Origin: Haliotis cracherodii
Taxonomy: Eukaryota
NCBI RefSeq assembly: GCF_022045235.1
Contig: NW_027266267.1
Span: 33,356,001-33,420,000, forward strand
DNA: 64,000 bases
Direction: 5' to 3'
Below are positions 50,679-63,500 of the stretch, one piece after another (within the stretch, counting starts at the first letter, position 1; each line of letters opens with the position of its first letter). The notes under the pieces are model-generated. The model was given only the letters and a program-made list of their open reading frames with translations, was not told where the DNA came from and made no database searches. Made by a program: the position numbers and the translations under genes.

Positions 50679-52690
50679 TGTTATTTTGGGTTAGGTAATG
50701 TTGTAATCTATTTTTAGCCATTGATTCCATTACTTTGCATAAGTTTGAAGTTGAGATATTGGTCGATATGAGTTAGCTTGATTAGCTGGTTTATTAGGTT
50801 TAGGGATTGGTATGACTAGGGCCTGTTTCCAGGGAGTAGGATATAGTTTTAGGGTGTTTTTTTTTAATTATTTGTTAAGAAGTTAGGTCTTATCCTGGGG
50901 CTGTGCCCTTTTTCCTGTTTTGGATTACGTAGAGGAGCTCCTCCATTTTGTAGGGTTGGTTTATTTCTAGATTGTTATTGTTTGGTTCTTTTTTGGGTTT
51001 GTTTTTTGTTTTAAGTTTATCTTGGAATCTTTGGCTGAAGTTGGTGTTACTGCTAGCGGCCGAAAAGTGGTTGGCGAGATTATTTGCTTTTTGGGCGGGG
51101 TTGGTTGAGTTGTTAATGTTAGTTTTTTATGTCGTTTTAAGCCTCTAATGGCGTGGATTTTGCGCCAGACCGTTCTGGCATCTGTACGGTTATTTATACC
51201 TTCGCAGTCTCTACTTTTGGCTAGTTGGACTAGTTTTTGAACCTGGTGGTTTAGTTCGTGGGCTATGTTTAGATGTTTGTAGTCGCGTTTTGCTTTATTG
51301 AAGGCTGCTTTACATTTTCGTCTAGTCTGTTCTATTTCCTCATTCCACCATGGTACCGTGGGTTTGCCTGATGTTTTGAAGGGGGTGGAGGTTTGGGCTG
51401 CCTTTATTATATATTAGTCTGTTAGGTTTTTACAATAGGTTTCTGGGTCATTATTTTCTATTTCGTTTAAGTTAGCTTCGTTGCAGATATCTTGGAATTG
51501 GTCCCAGTTAGCTTTATTGTAATAGAATTTTGGTTCTTGGTTTTCTGTTTGGATTGGTACGTTTGTATTTACTATGGTTATGTTTATCGGTAAGTGGTCA
51601 CTACCTAGCGGGACGTCGTGCACTTCCCATTGAGTACTTTGAGATAGATCTGCGGTGCATATGGTTAGGTCGATAGCCGACATTTTTTGGTTTATCTTAT
51701 CGTAACTCGTGGGTTGGTTGTTATTTAGGAGTACTAGGTCGTTTGTTTCTATCCATTCTATTAATTTGCCATGATTATCTATTTCTACATCTATTCTCCA
51801 TGTAGGATGGTGAGCGTTAAGTTTCCTAGGAATATAGTAGATTTATCGCTTATTTGAAGTAGTTTGTTTGGATCCTCAGGTTGGACTTTTTGTTCCGCCC
51901 AGTGGTATATATTTATGATGTTTATTTTTCGGTTATTTAATGTGATTTTAATGCAGTTGGCTTCTAGGTTTGGCGTGTGTATTTTTATTTCTTCGTAATT
52001 TATATCTTCCCTGATAAATATGATAAGTCCTGCTGCGGCTCTTCTTGTTTTTGGTTTAGCTCTGTCAGTTCTTACTTAGTTGTAGTTAGGTAGTGTGGAT
52101 TTGGATTTTTTTGAGAATTTGGTTTCCTGGATACAAGCAATGTGAGGGCCTTTATTTAGTTTAAATTTAGTTTTTAGTTTATGGCCGCGGGAGGTGAGTC
52201 CGTTGGCGTTCCACTGAAAAATATTTAGTCCTTCCATTATTGGGTTCGGGTGATTGGTGATTTAATTTTTACTTTTTATTTTATTCGGTGACTTCTTTTA
52301 GGTGGAGGTTAAAGAGGAAGAAAGGGAAGATCGGTTAATTTTATATTGAAAGCTACTTTGTGGAAGGATTTCATGCTAGCTTTTGGTGAGTTTTGACTAT
52401 GCATGTATACTAGGAGTATTTAGGAGGTTATTTAGGTTTTGGGTGTTAGCTGGTTGGGGAGTTTTGCGGTTTAGTTATTTCTTCCTTTTTGGGGCTGAGA
52501 GGGAATTTTGGTTTGTTTTAGTTGGAGTAGTGTCTATCAGTAGTGGAGAAATCTTCATCATCGGTTAGATTAGGTTTAGCTGTTTGAGTTTCCATAGGAC
52601 GAAAACACATTAAATGGCCTGGCCGGGCCCGTGTGCGAAATACGCATCAGTCGGAATGCGCACGTTGAATCTCAAAAGTAAGTAAGTAAG
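50679..52690. mobile_element. 5'-inverted, internally deleted insertion of LINE family A
   Basis: 50679-~52596 is the reverse complement of ~60214-62161, with small deletions. ~52600-52690 is the family A 3' end on + with an (AAGT)n tail. 11-bp TSD tcaatagttga at 50668-50678 and 52691-52701. Confidence 0.9.
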
Positions 52691-52950
52691 TCAATAGTTG
52701 AGGGTATTGCCTAAAAGTCGGGCCAGCCTGGCCAAGACGGACCAAAGTGTTACTGGCTAATTTCTTCATTATCGGTGATCATACCTACATATCATTGATG
52801 CAACATAGACACATGAGATTTATGAACAAGCACCAACCAAAAATGAGATGTAAGCGTCGCTGATCTAGGTAAAAGATCAATCGTTAAACGAAATAAGATT
52901 TGAAACGTATCAAATACTTCCAGCTATCCTGATACAAATTTCCTTCTGTC

Positions 52951-55900
52951 GTTGTTGTTGTTGCATTAGGTGTTTAAGAGGTCGCCTTCTGCCTAGGCAA
53001 TTTCGGCTGACCTGTCCCTCTTTGGGACTCCTGTGTGTGAAAAGGGTTCACATATCTATTGTGATTTCGGTGTTCACATAATTTCTGTTTTTGCATTGAT
53101 ATGATTTCTATTTTCTTATATTGATATGATTTCATTTTTATCCTTGGCTACTCTGTTTATATACGTTCGAGCAGCTGTCCATCTCTCAGAAATAGAGTTA
53201 GTTTGGCCTTCGCTATTGCATCTCTTGGCTTTAGGAGATCTATGACAGATAGCGGATCTAACTGCAATTCTTGTTTTAACCTAGCCCGGGCTGGGGCATG
53301 GTCTTGACATTCTAGTAACAGGTGGTCAATGGTTTCAGCCTGATTGCAAGATGAACAAACCTTGTCATAGTGCTTTTTGTGACCAAGTCTGAGGCGTGAG
53401 ATAGCAGTTTCAATTTTCCTTTCATTTGAGTATGAGTTTGGCTATTGTTGGACCTTGGGTTGAATTTTGTATAGCCATCTGCCGATCTTACTTGCGTCCC
53501 ATTGGGCTTGCCATCTTTTTGCTATGGAGGCTTTGATTTTGCTTTTTATCTCTAGTTTACTAAAGGGAATAGGCTGTATATCCGCTTTGTCTAGAGCTAG
53601 CTTCGCCAGTGAGTCTGCTTTTTCATTTCCATGAATATCTATGTGAGAGGGGATCCAACACAGCTCCACCTGTTGCCCTTCGTCCGATAGTTTTGTATAT
53701 TCGTATAGAATATTGTTGACTGTGTTTGGCCTGGAGTTTGAGTTTCTCCCACTGATGGCCTGAAGTGCACTTAGCGAGTCTGATAGGACGACTGCCTTTG
53801 CTTCCGGGAGTTCCGGTATGAGTTTGAGTGCATGATGAATTGCCTCCAATTCAGCCGTGAATACTGACTGACCATCAGGCAAGCGAACTGAATGTGCTTG
53901 GGGTTTGGAGCTGTGGATATGGATCCCGTAACCAGCACTGTTGTTGATAGGATTCTTGGATCCATCAGTGTATATATGGGCCCAGCTGTCCCAGGTAGTT
54001 TGAATTTTAGTGATAGCTACTGATCGTAGTAGGGTTGGGTTTTCTCTTTTAGTGACTTCTGATGTTAAAGCAGTGTCAACTTTGGGTGTTTGTAAAGTCC
54101 AGGGAGGGTGTAACCCTTTGTAGTGACTTTCTGGAGGCTGAATGTCATCGCAATTGTGACTTCGAATGAGTTCACGTACTAATATCCCAGATGGCTTTAG
54201 TGAGGGATTTTTTCGAGCTAGGGCTTCATCTCGAGCGTTTTTGTCTTGCCATATCTTTTTAACCAAAGGGTTTGATGTTCGTCCCCAGAACGATAATATT
54301 GCCTGCTCTCTTCTTAGTTTCAATGGGAGTTCTCCCGTTTCTACTTGTAGTGCTTCTAGTGAGGTGCCTGTCGCTGCGCCTGTGGCCAGCATTAGGGCTT
54401 TGTATTGTATTCTGTCTAGGCGCCTCAAGACAGTATTTGATGCTGAGTGAAAAGCCTCACAACCATAGTCAATTTTTGATCTGATAAGAGCTTTGTAGAG
54501 GTCCAGCTGAGTGTCCCTCGATGTGCCCCAAGATGTGCCTGAAATTGCCCGTAATACGTTCAGGTCTTTTTGACATCTGTTTTCCACATATTCTATATGC
54601 TTGTGCCAATTGAGGTGTTGATCAAGGATTACTCCAAGAAATATTGCAGATTTTTCGAATTTGATAGGTTTGCCTTTTATGGAGACACGGGGTATCATAG
54701 CATCTTTCCCCCGGCGTTTGAATAGAACTCCAACCGTTTTTTTTCACTTGAAAGGGTGAATCCCCATTTATTGCACCATTGATCTACTCCGTCCAGGGCT
54801 GACTGGAGTTTTTTTCTGATTTGTGAGATATCTCTGTGCTTTACCCATATTGCTCCGTCATCAGCGAACTTAGAAGTTTGGGTAGGAGAGTTGACATGGT
54901 CAAAAAGATCATTGATCATGATATTAAACAGGGTTGGGCTTATGATGCTGCCTTGTGGCGTGCCATTGTCCAGTGCCATAGGATCCGATCGATTGTTCCC
55001 TATTTTAACTGATAGCGACCTGTCTTGCAGGAAGCTGTCTATGAAGTTTGCCATGTTCCCTTCAACTCCATTTTGTGATAGTTTTGAGAGGAGTCCGTCA
55101 TGCCATACCATATCGAAGGCTTTGCTGAAGTCCAGAAATACTGCGGCTAGGTATTGTCTGTTTAATTGGGCTTTTTTTATTTCATTTTCCAGTCTTAGAA
55201 TATGATCTAGACACGAGTGTCCCTTCCTGAAGCCACTCTGGTCAGGTTTTATGTGATTGCCAGTTTCAAGATGATGCATGAGCCTTTTTGTAACCATGGC
55301 TTCCATGGCTTTGCACATGTTTGAGGTGAGTGAGATCGGTCGATAAGAGTTTGGTAGGGTTTCTTCTTTCCCTTGCTTTAGCAGCGGGATAACCGCAGCA
55401 TGTTTCCATGCTTTTGGGACTTCTCCTTTGGACCATATCGTGTTATACAACTCAGTGAGTAAGCCTTTGGTTTGATCAGGTAGGTTTTTCAATATCTCGT
55501 AGCTGGTTGTGTCAAGACCAGGTGCTGTGCCTTTTCTATGTTGTATCGCATCATCAAACTCTGTCACAGTAAATGGTATATTGTATACCAGATGCTTGCT
55601 TTGCAAGCTGTTTGAATTCTTCGCTGCAATTTGTGTTGCTGCTGACAGATGAGAAGTGCTCAGCTAGAATGTTGGCCTTTTCTTTGACTGTATGGGCGTT
55701 GGCTAACTTGGGAATTTTTGTGGGTTTCCGCTTACCCCTGATTGCGTGTATTTTGCTCCAGACTGTTTTAGCATTTGTTTTCTCATTAAGGGATTTGCAG
55801 AAGGTCTGCCATGACTCTTTTTTAGAATCGTCTATGAGTTGTCTTACTTTCGTCCTGGCTGCTCGGACTTGGGCAAAGGCTGATTTATCCCTTTTTGACC

Positions 55901-57921
55901 TATTTAGGGCTTTCTTTCTCACTCTCCTAGCTTTTGCTATTTCCCTGTTCCACCATGGTACCGGCGTTTTGCCAGTTTTGTGGTCTTTTTTTGGAATTGA
56001 TTTTTCAGCTGCGGCAATAATTGCTGAGGTGAGACTTTGGCAAAAATGATCAGGATCATCCGAGGCAATTTCTGAGGACTTGAATGATATACATTCCTTC
56101 CTGAATTTAGGCCAGTCAGCCTTTGCATAGTCCCATGTGGGCTGAGGATCGGGCTGTTCCTCTAATTGTGGTGGGCTACCTATGTAGGTGAGTATAGGAA
56201 GGTGATCGCTTCCCCAAGTGTCGTCATGGACTTGCCATTGGCAATGTGAGGCGAGGTGTTTGGTGGCAATTGTAAGATCAATTGAACTCCACGTGTTGTG
56301 GACTTGGTCATAACGTGTGTGACTGCCGTTGTTCAGAGTTATGAGATTGTCGTCCTCAACCCATTTCTCTACCATTTTGCCGTATTTGCATGAATCATTC
56401 CTGTCTTCCCAAAGAGGGTTGTGGGCATTAAAGTCACCAAGGATTATCCCATTTTTGCCTACTATTTGAGCTAGTCTTGTTAGCTCTTCCATGTTCGTTT
56501 CATGGGTAACCCTGTGATATATGTTAGCTATGCGTAATTCGTTGCCATTTGCCAGTTTTAGGGAGATTACTTGGGTTTCAAGGTTTCCTACGTTTGCTTC
56601 AATATTCTTGGAGGTACAGCTGTCGTGGACAAGGGTGATTAGTCCTCCTCCCTTGTTGCCAGGCATAAGTCTTTTTCTGTCTTTTCTATATTGGGTGTAC
56701 CCAGGTAGTGTGAATTTGGCTTTTTCACTGAGTTTAGTCTCCTGTATTAGAATGACATGAGGCTTGATCACCTTTTTTTTGACGAGTGCAGTCAGTTCAT
56801 TGCCGTGGCTCTTAAGGCCATTTGCGTTCCACTGTAGTAAAAGTACTTACTTACTTACTTTGGAGATTTAACGTGCGCTTTCCGACTGATGCGTATTTCG
56901 CACACGGGCCCGGCCAGGCCATTTAATGTGTTTCCGAAAGGGGCGAAGGTGGTCTGTGCAACCCAAGAGGGGGGTTTTAGGGGTTGCTTATATAGAATTT
57001 GGGAATTTTGAGATTTGGAATAGATGCCGATGGGATTGGGGAGGAGAACTAAGGGAGCTGGGTATGGTGGATGTTTGTTTGTTTATGTGATTTTGATTTG
57101 GTAGGTTATTGTGTTTTTAGATGCGTTTTATTAGTTCCGTTTTTATTAAGAATACGCCTAAGGCCTTGAAGTTTTCTAGTTTATTTTGTGGGTTTAGTAT
57201 TTCTTCTAGAGTTAGAGCCTTGTTTAGATTAAGGGTGGTTTGTAATGCGGTTCGATGTGTTAGGTAGTGTGTGCAGTGGATGAGTGCGTGTTCTGGGGTT
57301 TCTGGTTGTTTGCAGTGTGGGCAGTTACCTGTAGTGTGTTTTTTAAATTTTTTTAGGTGGTTATTTAGGTTGGTGTGTCCTGTTTGGAGTTTAGTGATTA
57401 CTCTGTCGATTTTTTTGGATGGATGGAGAATTTTTGGTTTAGTTAGTGGTTTGCTGAGCACTTTTTTGATTTGGCTATTTGAGTTTAGATATAGGTTATG
57501 CCATTTTTTTTGTGATTTTTTGCTTGTAGTAAAAGCAAGTCCATGATAATTTATAGATGAGCGCTTATTGAGTTTTAGGGCATACCCTATTTAGGAACTG
57601 TTTCTTTGTTCCTTTGTATTACATTATTTTGGAAGCCAGTTTGAGGATGCAGGTGGCTTTGGCTTTGACACTCATTTTTCTGCTTGTAATTTGGATCAAT
57701 GCCGTTGCAATGAACTCTACAACTTTGTTTGTGTTCTGAGCCTTTTGTTTACCATGAGCTGGTGTTTTCTTTGCCTGACTGATTCGTTTGCTGTGTTCCT
57801 CAGTTTGAGGATTAGAAGGCATGGGGTTTGATTGGGGAGCTTGGGTCTTTTTCCCCTTGCGTTTTGCAGTGGCTTTGTGCCTGTGAGCAGGCGGATCAGT
57901 GCTCACAGATTCGATTGTTTG
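52951..57921 (-). mobile_element. LINE family B (I/Nimb-type, EN-RT-RNase H), 5'-truncated in ORF1, ORF2 frameshifted
   Basis: ORF2 pieces 55554-56771 (EN: IQETKL, GDFNAHN, GSDHLPI), 54695-55606 (RT: KFADDG) and 53442-54698 (RNase H: YTDGS, WIPSH). ORF2 start MDLLLLQWNANG at 57544; ORF1 tail 57545-57921; (CAA)n tail at 52951-52963. Probable TSD tcc(t/a)tctgtcg at 52941-52951 and 57922-57932. Confidence 0.9.
56844..57524 (-). mobile_element. 5'-truncated 681-bp LINE A copy inserted into the first codons of LINE B ORF2
   Basis: 57524-57407 matches 63883-64000. It encodes the C-terminal zinc finger (CPHCKQPETPEHALIHC), the 3'UTR and an (AAGT)n tail. 11-bp TSD tgtagtaaaag at 56833-56843 and 57525-57535. 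Confidence 0.93.
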
Positions 57922-58883
57922 TCCATCTGTCGGCGTGGCGTTTATATTTATAGGAACGTACTATTGCTAAGTAAATACCACTTTGTAATGTCACTGTTCA
58001 TCGTATTTAAAGCAGACACGTTAGTTAAAGTAACACGAGCAACACCTCCCAAGCCAGCACAGAGCATTGCCTGATAGCCAGCCAAGGAGAACTCCAACAT
58101 CGGTAATTATCACGTCATCCTTTCAGCCTTATTCACATACTCTTACAATCACTCTCACCGTTTGTTTGTTTGTTGTTTAACGCCGAACCTAGCAGTGTTC
58201 CAGCTACAGGACAGCGGTTTGAAAATAAACGAGTCTTGGCCAGACAATCAGTTGCAGTTTGTACTCCCAGCGAGCAACACTTCCCAAGCCAGCACAGAGC
58301 ATTGCCTGATAGCCAGCCAAGGAAACTCCATCATCGGTAATTATCACGTTATCCTTATTCACATACTCTTAAAATCACTCTCACCGAATTAATCATAAAA
58401 CCCCTAAATCCTTAAAAAACAACAACACTAAATAACCAACACCTTATCCTACCCAATCTCCCTAACACAGCTCGCACTCATTTCTACTCACACCCACGCC
58501 CACCACTCAAACACACCCTTTGACCCAACTCCTAAAAACAAAAAACACCTAATCCCCCCTTCTCCTAAACACAACGCTCGCTCTTTCCTACTCACCACCC
58601 ACGCCCACCACTCACATACCTCCACTCCTTCGACTAAATATCTCTTAATCCCCGCTTTCCACTTGTCTCACCTTATCCCAGCCTTCCAGAATCAAACTTA
58701 ATCTTCAATAAATAATCCATTTCCCAAACCCTCCGACTAAAACCAACAACAAATAACCACCGCAACCTCCTCCGCCTCCTAAACGCAAATCACCAAGTAA
58801 AAACAACAAACCAACTCACCTCCCCAAAACACTCCACCACCACTCACCACAACACACGCTCTCCAACACAACACCCAAACAAT

Positions 58884-60488
58884 ATGACTGACACCCGCAA
58901 CGCCACACTCGCAGACATTCCAGCTCCTTACTCACCCACGTCTGGGAGGTCACTCGAAAACATCGTCCCGACCGAGTATGGCGAAAACACGACATACACC
59001 ACCCCAACCAAACCAGCTAACTCGCCACCACAAAACACCAAAAAACGCAAACTCGACACATCCACTCCACCTCCATCGCCAACACCCTCCCCGGCCGCCT
59101 TCCTCACCACCTTCGCCCTCTACTTCTTCTCAGCAGGCTCAGGCACCACTCTCTCACTAGAACTTTCGGCAGACAAAATAGGACTTTGGTTCAAAAGACA
59201 AAAAATAAATTACAACAATATTAAAAAAGTCAACAAAGGATACCAGATAATCTTTCCTAACCGAGAATCTTACAACGCAGCAAATAAAATAACTCAAATA
59301 TTCCACGTCACGGTAATCAAACAAACACCTAATTGGCAACAATATACACGAGGCGTAATTAGGGTTAACCCAAGGGAAACAACTGAGGACTTACAATTAT
59401 ACTCTCTAGAAGCTAACATAAACCAAGACCAAAACCCTCAACCCCTAATCACCAGCACGCGCAGAATAACCTCAACTAGAAACGGAAAAACGGTCCCAAC
59501 CTCCATTGTCATAATCAACTTTAAAAAAAACGCTAAATTCCCTGAAGCCCCCAAACACATATCCTTCGGAGCCCACACCAACTTAGAAGTCAAACCCTAT
59601 ATAAAGCAGGTTAAGCAATGTTCAAAGTGCCTCAAATACAACCACACTGCTTCCCAATGCACCTACCCTAAAACTAAATGTAAAAAATGCGCACAAACAG
59701 ACTGCCCAGGCACATGCACACCCTGGTGCATCCACTGCAAATCCACCCAACACACCTCACTTTCAAACCAATGCCCACACAGACACACACTCACCCAGCA
59801 GGCCAACAAACACATAAACATAGAAACGGCTAAAATCCAAACACGAAAATTTGCTACACCTGCATCTAAACCACTCCTCCCTACACCACACCCAAACACC
59901 ATCCCACAAACAAACACCACACCCATAACCGACAGCTCTGTCTGGGACCCCTACCGAGAAACCGCACCCACCTCACACACACAAGCAGCCACTCAACCAA
60001 CCACGAACCCTCCCAAAACATCAACCCCCGCATGCAAAACAAACCTCAAAATGACCACCACAACACGACCCTCATCCAAGCACCCTACAGCCCATATGGC
60101 AACAACGCTCTCCCACAAGCAAGCACAACAACAAAACACAAACACTAAGAAAACATCAGCTACACCCATCCCGCCAACACCTTCACAACCCTCCACATCA
60201 CATGCCTCCCCCATGGAAACTCAACCAGCTAAACCTAATCCAACCCACGACGAAGATTTCTCCACTACTGAGGAAACAATAGACACTACTCCAACTAAAA
60301 CAAACCAAACTTCCCAACCAGCCAACACCCCAAACCTAAATAACCTCACCTTACTCCTAGCATATATGCATAGTCAAAACTCACCAAAAGCTAGTATGGA
60401 ATCCTTCCACAAAGTAGCTTTCAATCTAAAATTAACCGATCTTCCCTTCTTCCTCTTTAACCTCCATCTAAAAGAACTCACCGAATAA
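58884..60488 (+). CDS. LINE A ORF1 (gag-like nucleic-acid binding protein, 534 aa)
   Basis: Motifs RGVI..., PTSIVIINF, VKPYI, and zinc knuckles QCSKCLKYNHTASQC, CKKCAQTDC and CIHCKSTQHTSLSNQCP. Confidence 0.9.
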   Translation: MTDTRNATLADIPAPYSPTSGRSLENIVPTEYGENTTYTTPTKPANSPPQNTKKRKLDTSTPPPSPTPSPAAFLTTFALYFFSAGSGTTLSLELSADKIGLWFKRQKINYNNIKKVNKGYQIIFPNRESYNAANKITQIFHVTVIKQTPNWQQYTRGVIRVNPRETTEDLQLYSLEANINQDQNPQPLITSTRRITSTRNGKTVPTSIVIINFKKNAKFPEAPKHISFGAHTNLEVKPYIKQVKQCSKCLKYNHTASQCTYPKTKCKKCAQTDCPGTCTPWCIHCKSTQHTSLSNQCPHRHTLTQQANKHINIETAKIQTRKFATPASKPLLPTPHPNTIPQTNTTPITDSSVWDPYRETAPTSHTQAATQPTTNPPKTSTPACKTNLKMTTTTRPSSKHPTAHMATTLSHKQAQQQNTNTKKTSATPIPPTPSQPSTSHASPMETQPAKPNPTHDEDFSTTEETIDTTPTKTNQTSQPANTPNLNNLTLLLAYMHSQNSPKASMESFHKVAFNLKLTDLPFFLFNLHLKELTE

Positions 60489-60531
60489 AATAAAAACTAA
60501 AAACTAAATCACCAATCACCCGAAACCAATA

Positions 60532-63500
60532 ATGGAAGGACTAAATATTTTTCAGTGGAACGCCAACGGACTCACCTCCCACGGCCATGAACTAAAAACT
60601 AAATTTAAACTAAATAAAGGCCCTCACATTGCTTGTATACAGGAAACCAAATTCTCAAAAAAATCGAAATTCACACTACCTAACTACAACTCAGTTAGAA
60701 CTGACAGAGCTAAACCGAAAACAAGAAGAGCCGCAGGAGGACTAATCATATTTATCAGGGAAGATATAAATTACGAAGAAATAAAAATAGACACGCCAAA
60801 CCTAGAAGCCAACGGCATTAAAATCACATTAAATAACCGAAACATAAACATCATAAATATTTACCACTGGGCGGAACAAAAAGTCCAACCTGAGGATCTA
60901 AACAAACTACTCCAAATAAGCGATAAATCTACTATATTCCTAGGAGACTTTAACGCTCACCATCCTACATGGAGCATAGATGATAAAATAGATAATCATG
61001 GCAAATTAATCTCCGAATGGATAGAAACAAACGACCTAGTACTCCTTAATAGCAACCAACCCACGAGGTACGATAAGATAAACAAAAAAATGTCGGCTAT
61101 CGACCTAACCATATGCACCGCAGATCTAGCCCAAAGCACTCAATGGGAAGTACACGACGTCCCGCTAGGTAGCGACCACTTCCCCATAAACATAACCATA
61201 GGAAATACAAACGTACCAATCCAAACAGAAAACCAAGAACCAAAATTCCATTACAACAAAGCTAACTGGGACCAATTCCAAGATATCTGCAACGAAGCTA
61301 ACTTAAACGAAATAGAAAATAATGATCCAGAAACCTATTGTAAAAACCTAACAGACTATATAATAAACGCAGCCAAAACCTCCATCCCCTTCAAAACATC
61401 TAAGACAGGCAAACCGACGGTACCATGGTGGAATGAGGAAATAGAACAGACTAGACGAAAACGTAAATCAGCCTTCAATAAAGCAAAACGCGACTACAAA
61501 TATTTAAACATAGCCCACGAACTAAACCACCAGGTTCAAAAACTAGTCCAAATAGCCAAAAGTAGAGACTGGAAAAAATTCTGCGAAGGTATAAATAACC
61601 GTACAGATGCCAGAACGGTCTGGCGCAAAATCCACGCCATTAGAGGCTTAAAACGACATAAAAAAAACCCTAACATTAACAACTCAACCAACCCCGCCCA
61701 AAAAGCAAATAATCTCGCCAACCACTTTTCGGCCGTTAGCAGTAACAGCAACTTCAGCCAAAAATTCCAAGATAAACTTAAAACAGAAAACAAACCCACA
61801 AAAGAACCAAACAATAACAATCTAGAAATAAATCAACCCTACACAATGGAGGAGCTCCTCTACGTAATCCAAAACAGGAAAAAGGGCACAGCCCCAGGAT
61901 TAGACCTAACCTCTTACCAAATAATTAAAAAACTCCCCCTAAAACTGCTCCAGGCACTACTCAAACTATACAATCTCATCTACCTAAACGGACAGGTTCC
62001 TACTCCCTGGAAACAGGCCCTAGTCATACCAATCCCTAAACCTAATAAACCAGCTAATCAAGCTAACTCATATAGACCAATATCCCTAACTTCAAACTTA
62101 TGTAAAGTAATGGAATCAATGGCTAAAAATAGATTACAACATTACTTAACCCAAAATAACACCATAAACCCAGATCAAAGCGGTTTCACTCCTGGCCGCT
62201 CAACCCTAGATAACCTCGCCCGACTAGAACAAGATATTAAGACAGGACAACTAAATAAACAATATACCACAGGCATCTTCTTAGACTTCTCTAAAGCTTT
62301 CGACATGGTATGGCACGATGGGCTAATACAAAAACTTAAAAAAATAGGACTCAAAGGTCAGATAATAAACTACATCCAGGACTTCCTAAACAATCGTAAA
62401 ATAACCGTGTGTATAGACCAAACTCTATCGGACCAATGTCCCCTAGAAAATGGCACTCCACAGGGCAGTATCCTCAGCCCCACCCTCTTCAATATAATGA
62501 TAAACGATCTATTCGAGGGTCTATCCCCTAAAGTAAACACATCAAAATTCGCGGATGATGGAGCCATCTGGATCCGCACTAAAAGCATGAAAATGGCCAA
62601 AAATCTACTCCAAAAATCTCTTTATAAAATACAACAATGGGCTGACAAATGGGGCTTCTCCCTTAACTCAGAAAAAACAACAGGAATAGTATTCAAACAT
62701 AAAAACATGAAACCCGCCTCCCCAATCCTCCAGCTAAACAATCAAACAATCAAATTTCAAAAACAAACCAAATTCTTAGGACTTATTTTCGATGAACATC
62801 TCACCTGGGATGCTCACATCCAAAACCTAACAACTAAATGCAGTAAAGACCTAAACACCCTAAGATGCCTAACTGGCTCTAACTGGGGAGCCTCCAAAGA
62901 TACTCTCCTCTCTCTCTACATATCCCTAATTAGATCAAAACTAGACTACGGCTGCGCCATATACAACACCCTAAACAACTCTCTATCTAAAAAACTTGAC
63001 TCAATACAATATCAGGCTCTCAAACTCATTACACGCACCCAGCATGGCACCTCCTACACCTCACTTCAGGCCTTAACAGGAGAAATGCCACTAAGTCTAC
63101 GCAGGGAACAGCTAAGCTTAAATTTCTGGGCCGCGTCCCAATCAAACCCTCTCATCCAAAACTTAATAAACCAAAACATCAGCCCTAAAAACCAAGCTCT
63201 AGCTCGTAAACACCCCTTACTTACCCCAATATCCCAAAGAATAACAAACTACCTAAATGAACACCAAATTAAAAATCTTAAACAAAACTGCAAACAATCA
63301 AATATCTTCACCCCTAAACTTAAAATACCCAAAATAGACACAACACTAGCTAGCCAAATAAATAAACAAACCGACCCAAACATAGCTAAAACTACCACAC
63401 TAGCATACATACACAAAAATTGGCCAAATTGGTGTCACATTTACACGGACGGATCCTCAGATCCGACCTCCAAACACACGGGTTTCGGAGTCCATACCAC

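Noticed and set aside
54891-56760. Plus-strand ORFs over LINE B, and minus-strand ORFs over LINE A at 58.8-64 kb
   Set aside because: Antisense shadows of the retrotransposon ORFs.
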